Source: an uncultured bacterium
GTDB lineage: Bacteria; Chloroflexota; UBA5177; JANWHV01
Length of the DNA stretch: 64,000 nt
Direction: 5' to 3'
Assembly (NCBI GenBank): GCA_963827235.1
Contig: CAWHAE010000012.1
Span: 416,001-480,000 of the forward strand
Both the position numbers and the translations under genes were made by a program. Of the stretch, positions 20,083 through 29,355 are shown piece after piece. The notes under the pieces are model-generated. The model ran no database searches. It saw only the letters and a list, made by a program, of their open reading frames with translations, and was not told where the DNA came from. How positions within the stretch are numbered: the first letter of the stretch is position 1; each line of letters opens with the position of its first letter.

Positions 20083-20259
20083 TCATCTTCTCCTGACTGG
20101 TCTCGTTTCCGGTGTCGTGCGTCCAATACCAGGGTACCCGCCCGAGGCTCGCCGATCGGCGACGGCCGTGCAGATCTCGTGCGCAACGACGAGAGTGCTT
20201 GCGTGCCGGATTCAGCCCAACGCAGCCGAGACGTGCCGTGGGCTTGGTACCATAGGTGC

Positions 20260-20604
20260 ATGAGGGAGATCGATAGCTACCTCGAGACGCTCGAGCCGTC
20301 GACCAGGGCGGCGCTGCAGCGCGTGCGTTCGATCGTTCGCGAGACCGTTCCCGACGCGGTCGAAGCCATCAGCTACGGCATGCCCGCGTTCAAGTACAAA
20401 CACGCTTACCTAGCAGGCTATCGCGCCTTCCAGAGGCATTTGAGCTTCTTTCCCACGGCAGAGCCGATTGAGACTCTGCGAGACCGGCTCGGGGCGTTCA
20501 GGCTCTCCAAAGGTACGATCCGCTTCTCGGTCGATAACCCAATTCCGGAAGATCTGCTCGAACAGCTCGTGCTGGCTCGTGTCGCCGCCATAGACAACGG
20601 CTGA
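20260..20604 (+). CDS. DUF1801/YdhG-like protein
   Basis: IDSYL, EAISYGMPAF, SKGTIRF. Confidence 0.85.
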   Translation: MREIDSYLETLEPSTRAALQRVRSIVRETVPDAVEAISYGMPAFKYKHAYLAGYRAFQRHLSFFPTAEPIETLRDRLGAFRLSKGTIRFSVDNPIPEDLLEQLVLARVAAIDNG

Positions 20605-20753
20605 TGGGATCGCGTCGGTGTCTTCACGCATGTAAGAACATGCCCTGCCACTGCCTGCGCCGGAGAGTCATGCCGTGCACGGCGCAGCCCTACTCGCTCG
20701 CCAAGGAAAGCGGCGCCCGTCAAGTAAGCAGTGTGCGGTACTCCGTGGAGTGG

Positions 20754-21020
20754 CTACTGCAGCTGCGCCTCCTGCATGGTGTCTGCCGACCGCCGTCGCC
20801 GTCGCCGTCCAACGTAACCGCGCGTGGCGTACGGGGTCGCATCCCCCCAGGTGCGAATCAGGCTGGTGCTTCCACAGCGGCCGCAAGTGAGCATGGGCCC
20901 GGGCGGCAAGGTCAGTGCCTGCGCCTGAGTCACGGGCATGCTGCTCGTATCGGTGTGATAGACGAACGCCCTGCAGTTTGAGCAATTCAGGCACTCGATC
21001 TGTCGCATGTAGCTTCCCAT
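20754..21020 (-). CDS. Small Zn-ribbon protein with Arg-rich tail
   Basis: Strong AGGAGGAG RBS; CLNC...CGRC; RRRRRR near the C-terminus. Confidence 0.65.
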   Translation of the reverse strand: MGSYMRQIECLNCSNCRAFVYHTDTSSMPVTQAQALTLPPGPMLTCGRCGSTSLIRTWGDATPYATRGYVGRRRRRRSADTMQEAQLQ

Positions 21021-21759
21021 TACCTACTCCTCCTGTGCCGTCGCAGCCAAACCTGCCGAACATGACTGCACATCCCACGTGGTACACGCTCACCCAGTAG
21101 CGGAGCGTGAGCAGTCATCACAGAGGCACTCACAGTGTGACCCTGCACAAACACCCACAAGATCAGTCTGCCTGAACTCCACGGCGGACGCGAGAAGGCC
21201 GTGCCGCAGCGCCGCGGCTGCATCGAGAAAGCGAGGCTGGCGGCGCGCACTCATGTGCGTTTTGGGCCGCCGCCTTGACCCGGTAGTGCCATACTGCTAT
21301 GCCATATATGCAAGGCGTGATAGGTTGCGCGCGATTCGCCGACCTCCGGCAACTCCGGCGTGTTGCGTAGCCTGCCTGACTTTGAGCCGGCTCGTTGCCT
21401 AACGAGCCGCTAGCAAGGCGAACTCTGTTGCTACGTGCCGTGCCAGCCGAGCGCTCTGCCGGCCGGTGCGCCGGCGCCCAAGTGCTCTGGCGCTTCGCAG
21501 GTGACAGTCCGTGCTTCGGCCGTGGCTCGCACGGAGGAGCGGTCGAGGCTGCGCAGGCCAGGGCATGGAATGCCGCGGCCGAGACCAGTGCCCGTGGTTG
21601 CTCGCTCGCGCCACGGGGCCGGCTGCGACGTCCGCCAATCGAGCCCATGCTCGTGAGCTTGTTGACCCTACGACCTGTTGAGAGTCATCGTGGAAGAGTG
21701 GGCCAACGGACGGGCAGCTCGGGTACCGCGTCCTCGTCAATCAGCCGATCGATTGCCGC

Positions 21760-22272
21760 GTGACGCCGACCAGCCCTGAGATTGAGCGGCAGATCGCGTC
21801 ACTGCGAGCTCGACGCGCCGAGATCGCAGTGCAACGATCGTACATGGCTCGCCTGCTTCTCAATACCGCCAGGGAGAGGACTGCCATGGCACAGGAGCGC
21901 CTGGCAGCGTGGCAAGCAGCGCATGCTGAGGCTCCATCATCTGCGCGGGCGGAGCTTGCCCGGATTCCCAAGGCGGAAGCGGCCTTGCCCAACGTTCGCG
22001 TGGTGCCCGCAGGCACGGTGTCCTCGCCCGAGTCACTCACGCGGCGCGAGCGCCAGGTGTTGGCATTGCTCGTGCAAGGGTGTGCCAACTCCGGCATCGC
22101 GGTGAGCCTCGGCATCAGCAGGGCAACCGCCAAGGCCCACGTCGAGCACATTCTGGGCAAGCTCGGAGTGAGCAGTCGCACCTGTGCTGCGGTTGAGGCT
22201 GTCCGGTTGGGCCTGGACGGCATACCTTCCACTGCCGATCAGGAGGCCGCGTCACCGCGTCTCAACACGTGA
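21760..22272 (+). CDS. LuxR-type HTH regulator without receiver domain
   Basis: LTRRERQVLALL...ISRATAKAHVEHILGKLGV; coiled-coil-like N-terminus. Confidence 0.8.
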   Translation: MTPTSPEIERQIASLRARRAEIAVQRSYMARLLLNTARERTAMAQERLAAWQAAHAEAPSSARAELARIPKAEAALPNVRVVPAGTVSSPESLTRRERQVLALLVQGCANSGIAVSLGISRATAKAHVEHILGKLGVSSRTCAAVEAVRLGLDGIPSTADQEAASPRLNT

Positions 22273-22311
22273 GCATGACGCGAGGATCTTGCCGCGGTGA
22301 CGGCGTCTCAA

Positions 22312-23160
22312 TCAGGATGGCGCCGGCACCGTGCGTGGTTCTTCCCTCACGAGTAGCACGCCCGCGACGCCGCCGTGGATCGCGTGATCGGCCACGGCTC
22401 CCGTGGCCCAGCGGCACGGAAATGCGTGCCCGCTCGCTGCCATCACCACCAAGCGCTCCACGCCCGCGGCATCGACGATGGCCTGCACCAGGTCGCCCCA
22501 CACCAGGCGGCTCCGGCACGGCAGCCCGATCGCCTCGAGCCGTCGAGCAACTTCCCGCAGGTGGTATTTGGCATTGAGCCCGTCTTCACCATGGCGCACC
22601 ACGCGCAGCAACGTCACACCGGTGAGCACCCATGGTGCCAGCTGCTTGAGCATGCCCAGCACCGCGTCGGCGCCGGCAGAGCCGTCGAGCGCCACCACCA
22701 CCTCGGAAGGATTGATGGGCGCTCCGAATCTGCCCACCAGGAGCACAGGTGCAGCGCCACGCCGGACCAGCCGATCGGCCAGCGCAGTACCGGCCGGGCT
22801 GTCCGTGCCGTCGCACGCCTGATCACACATGACGACCAGGTCAATGCCCGCCTGCCGCGCGAACTCCAGCAGCGCCTGCGCCGAGCGCTCCGCGATGACT
22901 CTCGCCATGGCGTTGAGGTCCAGAGGCGGTCGCTTCAGGCGCCCTGATGCCGTGCCGGCCGACGTCTCCTGGCAGTCACACATATCGAAGTCATCGTAGT
23001 AGAGCGGCTCCTCCACGAAGAGCGGATACGGGGGCTGAATCCCGAGTACCGGCACCAGATCCAGCGTGGCGCCCGTTGCCCTGGCAAGCCGTTTGGCGCA
23101 GAGAACGGCATGGTCGGCCAGGTTCGATCCGTCAATGGGAACCAGTATTTTCGTTACCAT
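22312..23160 (-). CDS. Tandem universal stress protein
   Basis: KILVPIDGS, VVVALDGS, DLVVM, GAVADH. Confidence 0.85.
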   Translation of the reverse strand: MVTKILVPIDGSNLADHAVLCAKRLARATGATLDLVPVLGIQPPYPLFVEEPLYYDDFDMCDCQETSAGTASGRLKRPPLDLNAMARVIAERSAQALLEFARQAGIDLVVMCDQACDGTDSPAGTALADRLVRRGAAPVLLVGRFGAPINPSEVVVALDGSAGADAVLGMLKQLAPWVLTGVTLLRVVRHGEDGLNAKYHLREVARRLEAIGLPCRSRLVWGDLVQAIVDAAGVERLVVMAASGHAFPCRWATGAVADHAIHGGVAGVLLVREEPRTVPAPS

Positions 23161-23667
23161 TCCCTGCCACCTATCGAGTCGCCGTTCGGCGGTGCCGCCG
23201 CAAGCCCGTGCGCACGCTGGACCCCAGCGGCCCGAGCCCGCCGGCAGCGGGTGGACGGGAGCACAAGAGGCTCCTGGTCCTATTCCCCTGATCTACCGTG
23301 GGCGAGGTTCCGCAGCGCCGTGCTTGAGAGGAGGATACAACGCGATATCTGCCGCGCCGGCGCGCTCCGCGCTCGGACTCGCTCAGAGTGCCGCGGTTTC
23401 TCCTGAATGACCCTCACGCTACAGCCACGCACCATGTGATACATCGGCCAGGTGGCCTATGTGGCGCCGCAATACCGAGCGGAGATACGGCATTCGGGCT
23501 CCGTGGCCGCATCTTGCAACCCGAGCTGCGATGAGACTCCGCGAACGCCGTGAGCAGCCTGGAGCCTGCCGGACCGGCCGAGGTGAGCGCTCTGCCCGGC
23601 GCCATAACAACAACCTGGTCCGCCCGTCGGGATGGCCGCGGGCACATTGTGCACCGGCGACCGGCGG

Positions 23668-24957
23668 TCATCCGGCCTCGCCGTGTGCGCGGCGGAAGGC
23701 ACCGATCACGTTGGCGCCCAGCACGGCAAGGGCGTCGATCCGCTCGCTTGCGGTGGCAAAGTGCGGATTCGGCCGGCCGGCGTCGTCCACGTAGCCGGTC
23801 TGCCCGTGCGCCACCAGGAACTGGTGCGCGGCGACCACACAGGCGCCCTCCCAGTAGACCTCCTTCAGAGAATCGGGTATTGGCAGGCCACCGGCGCACG
23901 CCGGTTCCATGGGCATCATGTCCAGCGTGTTGTGCTCCGTGCCGGCCAGCACGATCAACCCTGCACCTCGTAGGGCTCGCGTATAACGCTCGGCCACTTC
24001 AGGAGCGTTGCGCGTCGGGATTAGCTCTGAACAATGGATGCGCAACCGGCCTAGCTCGGCGATCAGCCTGTCGATGTCGCGCTCGAATTCGGAGATCGGC
24101 TGCATGCCGTCCGCAACGACCGTGTAGCACGGAATGCCTCCCAGTGACAGCACCAGGTCGTACACGTGGTCGAAGCCGAGATAGGATTCCGGTACGAAGC
24201 CGGGCTTACCGGCCTTCAGCAGATGCGCGCGGATCTCGTGCTGGATTGCCGCCACGTCGTCCGGTGCGGCGGTGGACGGTGCGTCAAGAACGCCGCCCAG
24301 CACGTCGGGACGCCGTGACGGCGGCACGGCGACGAATAGAGCCTCCTGGACTGCCTGGGCAACGTGGCGCTCCTGCAGGTACACGGGCATGTCCTCGGCC
24401 CGGCCGTGGCGCCGCCGGACCATGTCCTGCACCGATCGCTCGTCCATGCTCACGGGAAGGCCGCGCGCGGCGAGCACGCCACTCACGCGCGCAATCATCG
24501 CCGCCATGCGGCGAGCGTCGTTGCGCCTGACCGCGGCGGCGAGACGTTCTGCCGTGCCATCCATGGGCTCGAACCGGGTCAGTCCCTTGGCGCAGAGGTA
24601 GAACTTGCCAGGATTGCCGGGATCATTGATGCGCACGCCGGCCTCGCGCAGGTCGTCGAGCATACAGATCACTTCAAGTCCGAACAGCGGGAAGATGCGC
24701 TGCCGTTGCGCAAGGCGCGCGAATGGCGCATAGACGCTCCAGTCGTAGTAGTTGCTCGTACCCAGCACGCTGACATCCTGAGCGGCCGCCCGGTCGATGG
24801 CCTCGGCAACCGTGCTGAAGGCCGAGAAATTCGGCGGCAGATGCACGTGCGAGTTCGTCGTCAGCCGTGGCGAGCCGGCGGTGCCAAGCGCCGCCCACAG
24901 GTCACTCACCGAGCCCAGATCTCGCAGCATGGCCAATGGATGACGACCCGCTGCCAT
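23668..24957 (-). CDS. PHP-fold metal-dependent protein of unknown function
   Basis: NSHVH (HxH), GLE, AGTEHN; AGGAAGG RBS. Confidence 0.7.
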   Translation of the reverse strand: MAAGRHPLAMLRDLGSVSDLWAALGTAGSPRLTTNSHVHLPPNFSAFSTVAEAIDRAAAQDVSVLGTSNYYDWSVYAPFARLAQRQRIFPLFGLEVICMLDDLREAGVRINDPGNPGKFYLCAKGLTRFEPMDGTAERLAAAVRRNDARRMAAMIARVSGVLAARGLPVSMDERSVQDMVRRRHGRAEDMPVYLQERHVAQAVQEALFVAVPPSRRPDVLGGVLDAPSTAAPDDVAAIQHEIRAHLLKAGKPGFVPESYLGFDHVYDLVLSLGGIPCYTVVADGMQPISEFERDIDRLIAELGRLRIHCSELIPTRNAPEVAERYTRALRGAGLIVLAGTEHNTLDMMPMEPACAGGLPIPDSLKEVYWEGACVVAAHQFLVAHGQTGYVDDAGRPNPHFATASERIDALAVLGANVIGAFRRAHGEAG

Positions 24958-25167
24958 CCGCGCCCCCTTCCTCCTGGAATTGTGGGACCGGCGTCTTCCG
25001 GAAGCCCGGCCATGTAGCAGCACTGCAGGAAGCAACGTCTGCAGCCGGTAGGCTTCAGTTCGATCTGCGTTTACCGGCTCACGCGCCGGAGGTGCCGCCT
25101 GCTGGCTCGGCAGACGGCCTCTCCGCTTTCCTGCTTCGGCCCGTGCTGCCAGCGCCGGCGCGAACTC

Positions 25168-26274
25168 CTACACCCAGTGTGCATCGCGCGCGGCCAGACG
25201 TGCACGGATGCCCGCGGCGCGATCGAAGATCTCCTGCCTGCTGATCGACGCAGCCTCATACATGGCGAAGATGTTGTCGTCGGGTGTCTCCGGCGAGATG
25301 GTGTGGGAGGCCGCCAGTATGTAGCCTCCGCCGCCCGCCGTCATGCCTTCCAGCAAGCGTTCCGTCGCTCTTCGAACTTCCAGCGCGCTGGCCTTGGGGA
25401 GGAGCTCCTGCGTGTCTACGCCGCCCATGAACGCGATATTGTCCCCGAACTCCTGCTTCAGCGCGAGGGGATCCATGCCCGGGCAAGTGCTCTGCACCGG
25501 GTTGAGCACGTCCATGCCAATCTCGATCAGGTCGGGAATGATGGGGCGAAGCGCGCCGCAGCAGTGGAAGGCCACTGGCAGTCCGTGGGCTTTGCCTACC
25601 TGGAAGACTCTCGCCAGCTGAGGCTTGATCGTGTCCCGCCAGGTCCGCGGGCTCATCATCATGCGCTGCTGTCCGGCCACGTCGTCTCCGGTCCAGAACC
25701 AGTCCAGGGGGAAACGGGAGCAGGCAAGCTCTCCCAGCTCGATGGCGAACTCGGCGCAACGGCGGAACATTTCCGTGGCGAGCTCCTGGTCGCCGGCCAT
25801 GTCGAGCATTGCGTCTTCCATGCCGCGGAGGCGCCAGTACATCTCGAACACGCAGGGCGAGACGTCGCAGCCGAGATACGCGTCGCCGCGCCCCTGGGCG
25901 ACCGGCTCCATCAGGGCAAGCAGGGCCTCCTGGTGGTGGCGCGGGAAGATATACTGGAGCACCGCGTCCCTAGAAGCACGCGCCAGGGGGAAGTGGGCGA
26001 TCTGGTTGAAGTCATACTGCTTCTCCCAGGTAATGCCCCACCAGTCCGTGTGCGATTCACCGTCTATCTCGTGCACGATGCCTTCCATGGCGTAGTTGTT
26101 GTTCACCCACGTCTGCTGGATATCGTTGCCCATCGCTTCGCCGACGAACGCGGCCGGTATTTCCAGCAGGTGAGCCAGCTTGTCGGCTGTTGACGGATGA
26201 AACCACATGTACACGGGAACGCGGTCCACGGGTCGTCGCGCCAGCGCGTTGACCACCCTTTCACGCGAGATCAT
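25168..26274 (-). CDS. Uroporphyrinogen decarboxylase/MtaA-CmuA fold protein
   Basis: SRERV..DRVP, LRGME, GDD, FHCCG, LNPVQ, GGVDTQ, GYILAASH. Confidence 0.85.
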   Translation of the reverse strand: MISRERVVNALARRPVDRVPVYMWFHPSTADKLAHLLEIPAAFVGEAMGNDIQQTWVNNNYAMEGIVHEIDGESHTDWWGITWEKQYDFNQIAHFPLARASRDAVLQYIFPRHHQEALLALMEPVAQGRGDAYLGCDVSPCVFEMYWRLRGMEDAMLDMAGDQELATEMFRRCAEFAIELGELACSRFPLDWFWTGDDVAGQQRMMMSPRTWRDTIKPQLARVFQVGKAHGLPVAFHCCGALRPIIPDLIEIGMDVLNPVQSTCPGMDPLALKQEFGDNIAFMGGVDTQELLPKASALEVRRATERLLEGMTAGGGGYILAASHTISPETPDDNIFAMYEAASISRQEIFDRAAGIRARLAARDAHWV

Positions 26275-26313
26275 CGGCGTGCCCTCCGGAGACGACTTCT
26301 GCGTCGCTCACTT

Positions 26314-27552
26314 CTACAACAGGCGATGGGCGCCGACCGCGGGCATCGTGGAGCCCGCGCCCGGCCCGAAATACCGCAGTAGCACGAGCGGCTCGTGGCC
26401 GGTGTTGGCGACGGTGAAGCCGCCGCGAGCGCGCTCGTCGCTGATAAAGAACTCGTCCCAGGTATCGGCCCCGAAGCGTATCGAGGTTGGTGCTTCCACT
26501 GAAAGCGGTCCCAGAGTGCCCCGCCCCTGAACGACGATCACGCCGCTTGCCCCGGCATCGCGCACCGTGACCGATGCGCCCGCCTGCACTCGCAGCTCTC
26601 TTGCCGAGAAGAGGTCCTGGCCCAGGATCAGCCCGTAGATGACCCAGAGGTCTTCGTAGCCCTCGGCAAGGGTATCGCCGACGGCAATCGGCTCGAGATA
26701 GTGATCCTGCTTGAACGTTGGATTGACGTTCGCCTCCCAGTCGATCAGGCTGAGCAGGAAGCCGAGGTCATGCTGCTTGTCCACGGGCACGTTCTTCACC
26801 AGCGCGCCTCTCGGATTCACGCGGCCGTCAATCATGGATTGGTACTGGGCGCCCACGTCCGAACCCCACTGTACCTCGTAGGTGCACAGCGACCCCGGCG
26901 CGTGCAGAATCCCCGGGTCGATGAGCCATGCCGTACCGGGCCGTAGGCGGTAGGCTCGCGAGAGGTCCAGGATGCCGTTGTCGCCGCGGTCCCAGCGCTC
27001 GAGGCACCGGATGACGTCGGCGGCCGTCGTCCCCGGCTCCAGCCCGAAGAACGTATAGGGAAAGAGATTCGTGGCGGAGTTCATCTGCGGCGGGAAATAG
27101 TACGCCTCGGGCTTGTGCTGCTGTCCCACCAAGCTCGCGTGCTCCTGCCTGTGGTGCAGGTGGAGGGGGATTGCTCCCAGGTTGTCGAAGAACTTGCAAA
27201 GCACCGGCCAGCCACGCCAGGCTTCCATCATGTCGCGGCCAACGATGGCGACGCCGTCTTCGGCGAGCGCATCGCGGAACAGGAATCTGTGTCCATCGGT
27301 ACCGACCACGTAGCTCAGACCCTCATTCTCAGTCGTGTCCGGCCCGTTGTCCGCCGCGGTCGTGGAGACTATCCAGCGCTCGTCGATACCGCCACGGTGC
27401 GTTCCCAGCGCATACAGATCCTGCTCGGCAAGTCGCATTCGTTTCCCGGGGATGAGTCCCCTCCGCGGCACCCAGGTGGGAGCAAGGTGCAGGATGCCAT
27501 CGCCTGCATCCATGGCGTTCGCGACACGGCGAGACATATCCTGACCCCGCAT
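26314..27552 (-). CDS. PMI-fold cupin of unknown function (putative sugar-phosphate isomerase)
   Basis: GGIDERW, PLHLHH, KPEAYYF, LHAPG, YEVQ metal-site motifs; start re-assigned from the ORF track. Confidence 0.7.
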   Translation of the reverse strand: MRGQDMSRRVANAMDAGDGILHLAPTWVPRRGLIPGKRMRLAEQDLYALGTHRGGIDERWIVSTTAADNGPDTTENEGLSYVVGTDGHRFLFRDALAEDGVAIVGRDMMEAWRGWPVLCKFFDNLGAIPLHLHHRQEHASLVGQQHKPEAYYFPPQMNSATNLFPYTFFGLEPGTTAADVIRCLERWDRGDNGILDLSRAYRLRPGTAWLIDPGILHAPGSLCTYEVQWGSDVGAQYQSMIDGRVNPRGALVKNVPVDKQHDLGFLLSLIDWEANVNPTFKQDHYLEPIAVGDTLAEGYEDLWVIYGLILGQDLFSARELRVQAGASVTVRDAGASGVIVVQGRGTLGPLSVEAPTSIRFGADTWDEFFISDERARGGFTVANTGHEPLVLLRYFGPGAGSTMPAVGAHRLL

Positions 27553-27641
27553 CCGGCTCCCCTCTCTCACTTGCGTCAGTCGGTGGCCGGCGGGAGCACT
27601 CCGCCTGCCTGCTGCCATGCTCCCGCGCGGCCCAAGCCCCT

Positions 27642-29063
27642 TTAACCGAGCGTACCGGGATAGCGTTGCTGCAGAGCCGTGGTCAGCGCCGCGAGGTTCC
27701 GGCTGCGAGCCAGTGTGGCGAAGCGGCCAACATAGGTTTCCAGGGGCGCCACGGGCACCTCGCCTGTACGGTGGAGATCTATCGCCTGTAGCATCGCCTC
27801 GGCACCCAGCTGCGGGTCCGGGCGACCCGCGGCGTTCTTGATCGAATTGATCGCCGATCCGGCGAGGAAGAGGACGCTCTCGGCCAGGCCATGCTCTTCC
27901 GCATCGGCAAGATTTGGCCCGATGTTCCCCTGGTCGAGGGCGCCTGCCCGGGCAATCATGGTCGAGCGGATCCCCGGGACAGCGCAGGTGAGGGCCTGCT
28001 CCGAGGCACGCCATTCGGCGCCGAACGGGCGGATATAGGGCGCTCCCGGCCGCACCGGTGCCGTCTGACGGAAGTCGATGCCGTCAAGGCGCGCCAGGAA
28101 GTCGATCACCTCTCGCCACATTCCCCTCGTCTTGACGCAAATGCCGGCGTTGTGCCCGTAGATTGCCGGCGGGCGCTGCATGTGCCGCGTGGCGTCGCGC
28201 ACCATGCGGACCGTGCCGCCCGCGAACGATTCGCTGAACATCACGCCCGTGGCCCCGGCGGCGCACACCGCCTGTACGGTTTCCAGGATCTCATTGGGCG
28301 CTCCCGTGATATGCGGAGCGAAGATCAGCCCGTGGCCGCCCCGAGCCTGGCGTGACGTCTCGATAGCCGCCACGGCGCGCCGCGTGCGCTCTGCCACGGG
28401 AGAGTAGGGCAGATCGGGATAGAGGTTCTCATCCTCCTTCACGAAGATGAACAGCGGGCAAGCGGCAACGTCTGCCATCAGGTCGCCGACGTCGTCCGGC
28501 GTGATCCCCGCGGTGGGCTTGAGAATGGTGCCGAAGGCAGGACGGTCGGCGGGTACGTCGACCAGCCCGCGAATGCCCCTGGGGCCGTAGGCCGGACCCG
28601 GGAAGGTCTTGAGAACGCTCTCGGGGATTTGCAGTGCCACCAGCCGCGCGTCCATGTGCTCGTAGAAGTCGAAGATGACCGCGTTGCACACGGTATGCAG
28701 CAGATCGACGGACGTGAGATGCCCATCGGGATGCAGCAGCATCTTCAGCGGGAAGGCCATGTGCAGCAGACCGACCCGACCGCTGGCATCGAACTCGTCG
28801 ACGCCGACCCCGCGCCCCGTGCAGGCTTCCAGCAGCGAGCCGGGCGGAACCTGCTTCGTGCCGCTGGTTGCGTGGTAGCTGATCTCGGCAATCGCCTCGG
28901 TCAGCCGGATGCTGCGCAGGGCAAAGAAGTATGTCGCGACGATGGCGTCGTCCAGCTTGGGCGGCGGCAGCTTCTCTAAACTGGCGGCTACCAACTCGCG
29001 CAACCGGGCCTCGCCGGCGTCGGCGTCGTGCAGTATCGCATCGAGCGGGCTTACTGGTGTCAT
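27642..29063 (-). CDS. RuBisCO-like protein (form IV), highly divergent
   Basis: FPGPAYG..GIR, GTILKP, FVKEDEN (KDDE-equivalent), GHNAG, LAGSAI. Confidence 0.85.
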   Translation of the reverse strand: MTPVSPLDAILHDADAGEARLRELVAASLEKLPPPKLDDAIVATYFFALRSIRLTEAIAEISYHATSGTKQVPPGSLLEACTGRGVGVDEFDASGRVGLLHMAFPLKMLLHPDGHLTSVDLLHTVCNAVIFDFYEHMDARLVALQIPESVLKTFPGPAYGPRGIRGLVDVPADRPAFGTILKPTAGITPDDVGDLMADVAACPLFIFVKEDENLYPDLPYSPVAERTRRAVAAIETSRQARGGHGLIFAPHITGAPNEILETVQAVCAAGATGVMFSESFAGGTVRMVRDATRHMQRPPAIYGHNAGICVKTRGMWREVIDFLARLDGIDFRQTAPVRPGAPYIRPFGAEWRASEQALTCAVPGIRSTMIARAGALDQGNIGPNLADAEEHGLAESVLFLAGSAINSIKNAAGRPDPQLGAEAMLQAIDLHRTGEVPVAPLETYVGRFATLARSRNLAALTTALQQRYPGTLG

Positions 29064-29355
29064 GTCTTCCCCCGTCGCCTGTTCTTGGTCTTGCTGTATC
29101 AGGATATCGCAGAGGCCAGCCCGTTCGCGGGGTTCGGCTCGCGACCGTGAGGGCGTCGCCGATGCGGCGCCATCGCGCTGGCGTTCCTGCCAATTGTAGC
29201 GCTGCCTGTCCCGCCATGGCCGCCGCCGGTGGTACCGAGATGCTCGAGGCGACGGCCGGCGGTGACTGCCGTGATACGCTGCAAGTCGCCGCCGCGACGC
29301 CCGGTTTCCGATCGCCGCGATCTCGGGTACAGTTCATTCCAATTGGAGGCTCAGC

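Noticed and set aside
26314-28014. ORF-track 566-aa version of the cupin
   Set aside because: The N-terminal 154 aa overlap the RLP gene and are low-complexity; start placed at 27552
27642-29063. True CO2-fixing RuBisCO
   Set aside because: K177, E60, R295 and K334 equivalents appear missing; no rbcS or prk
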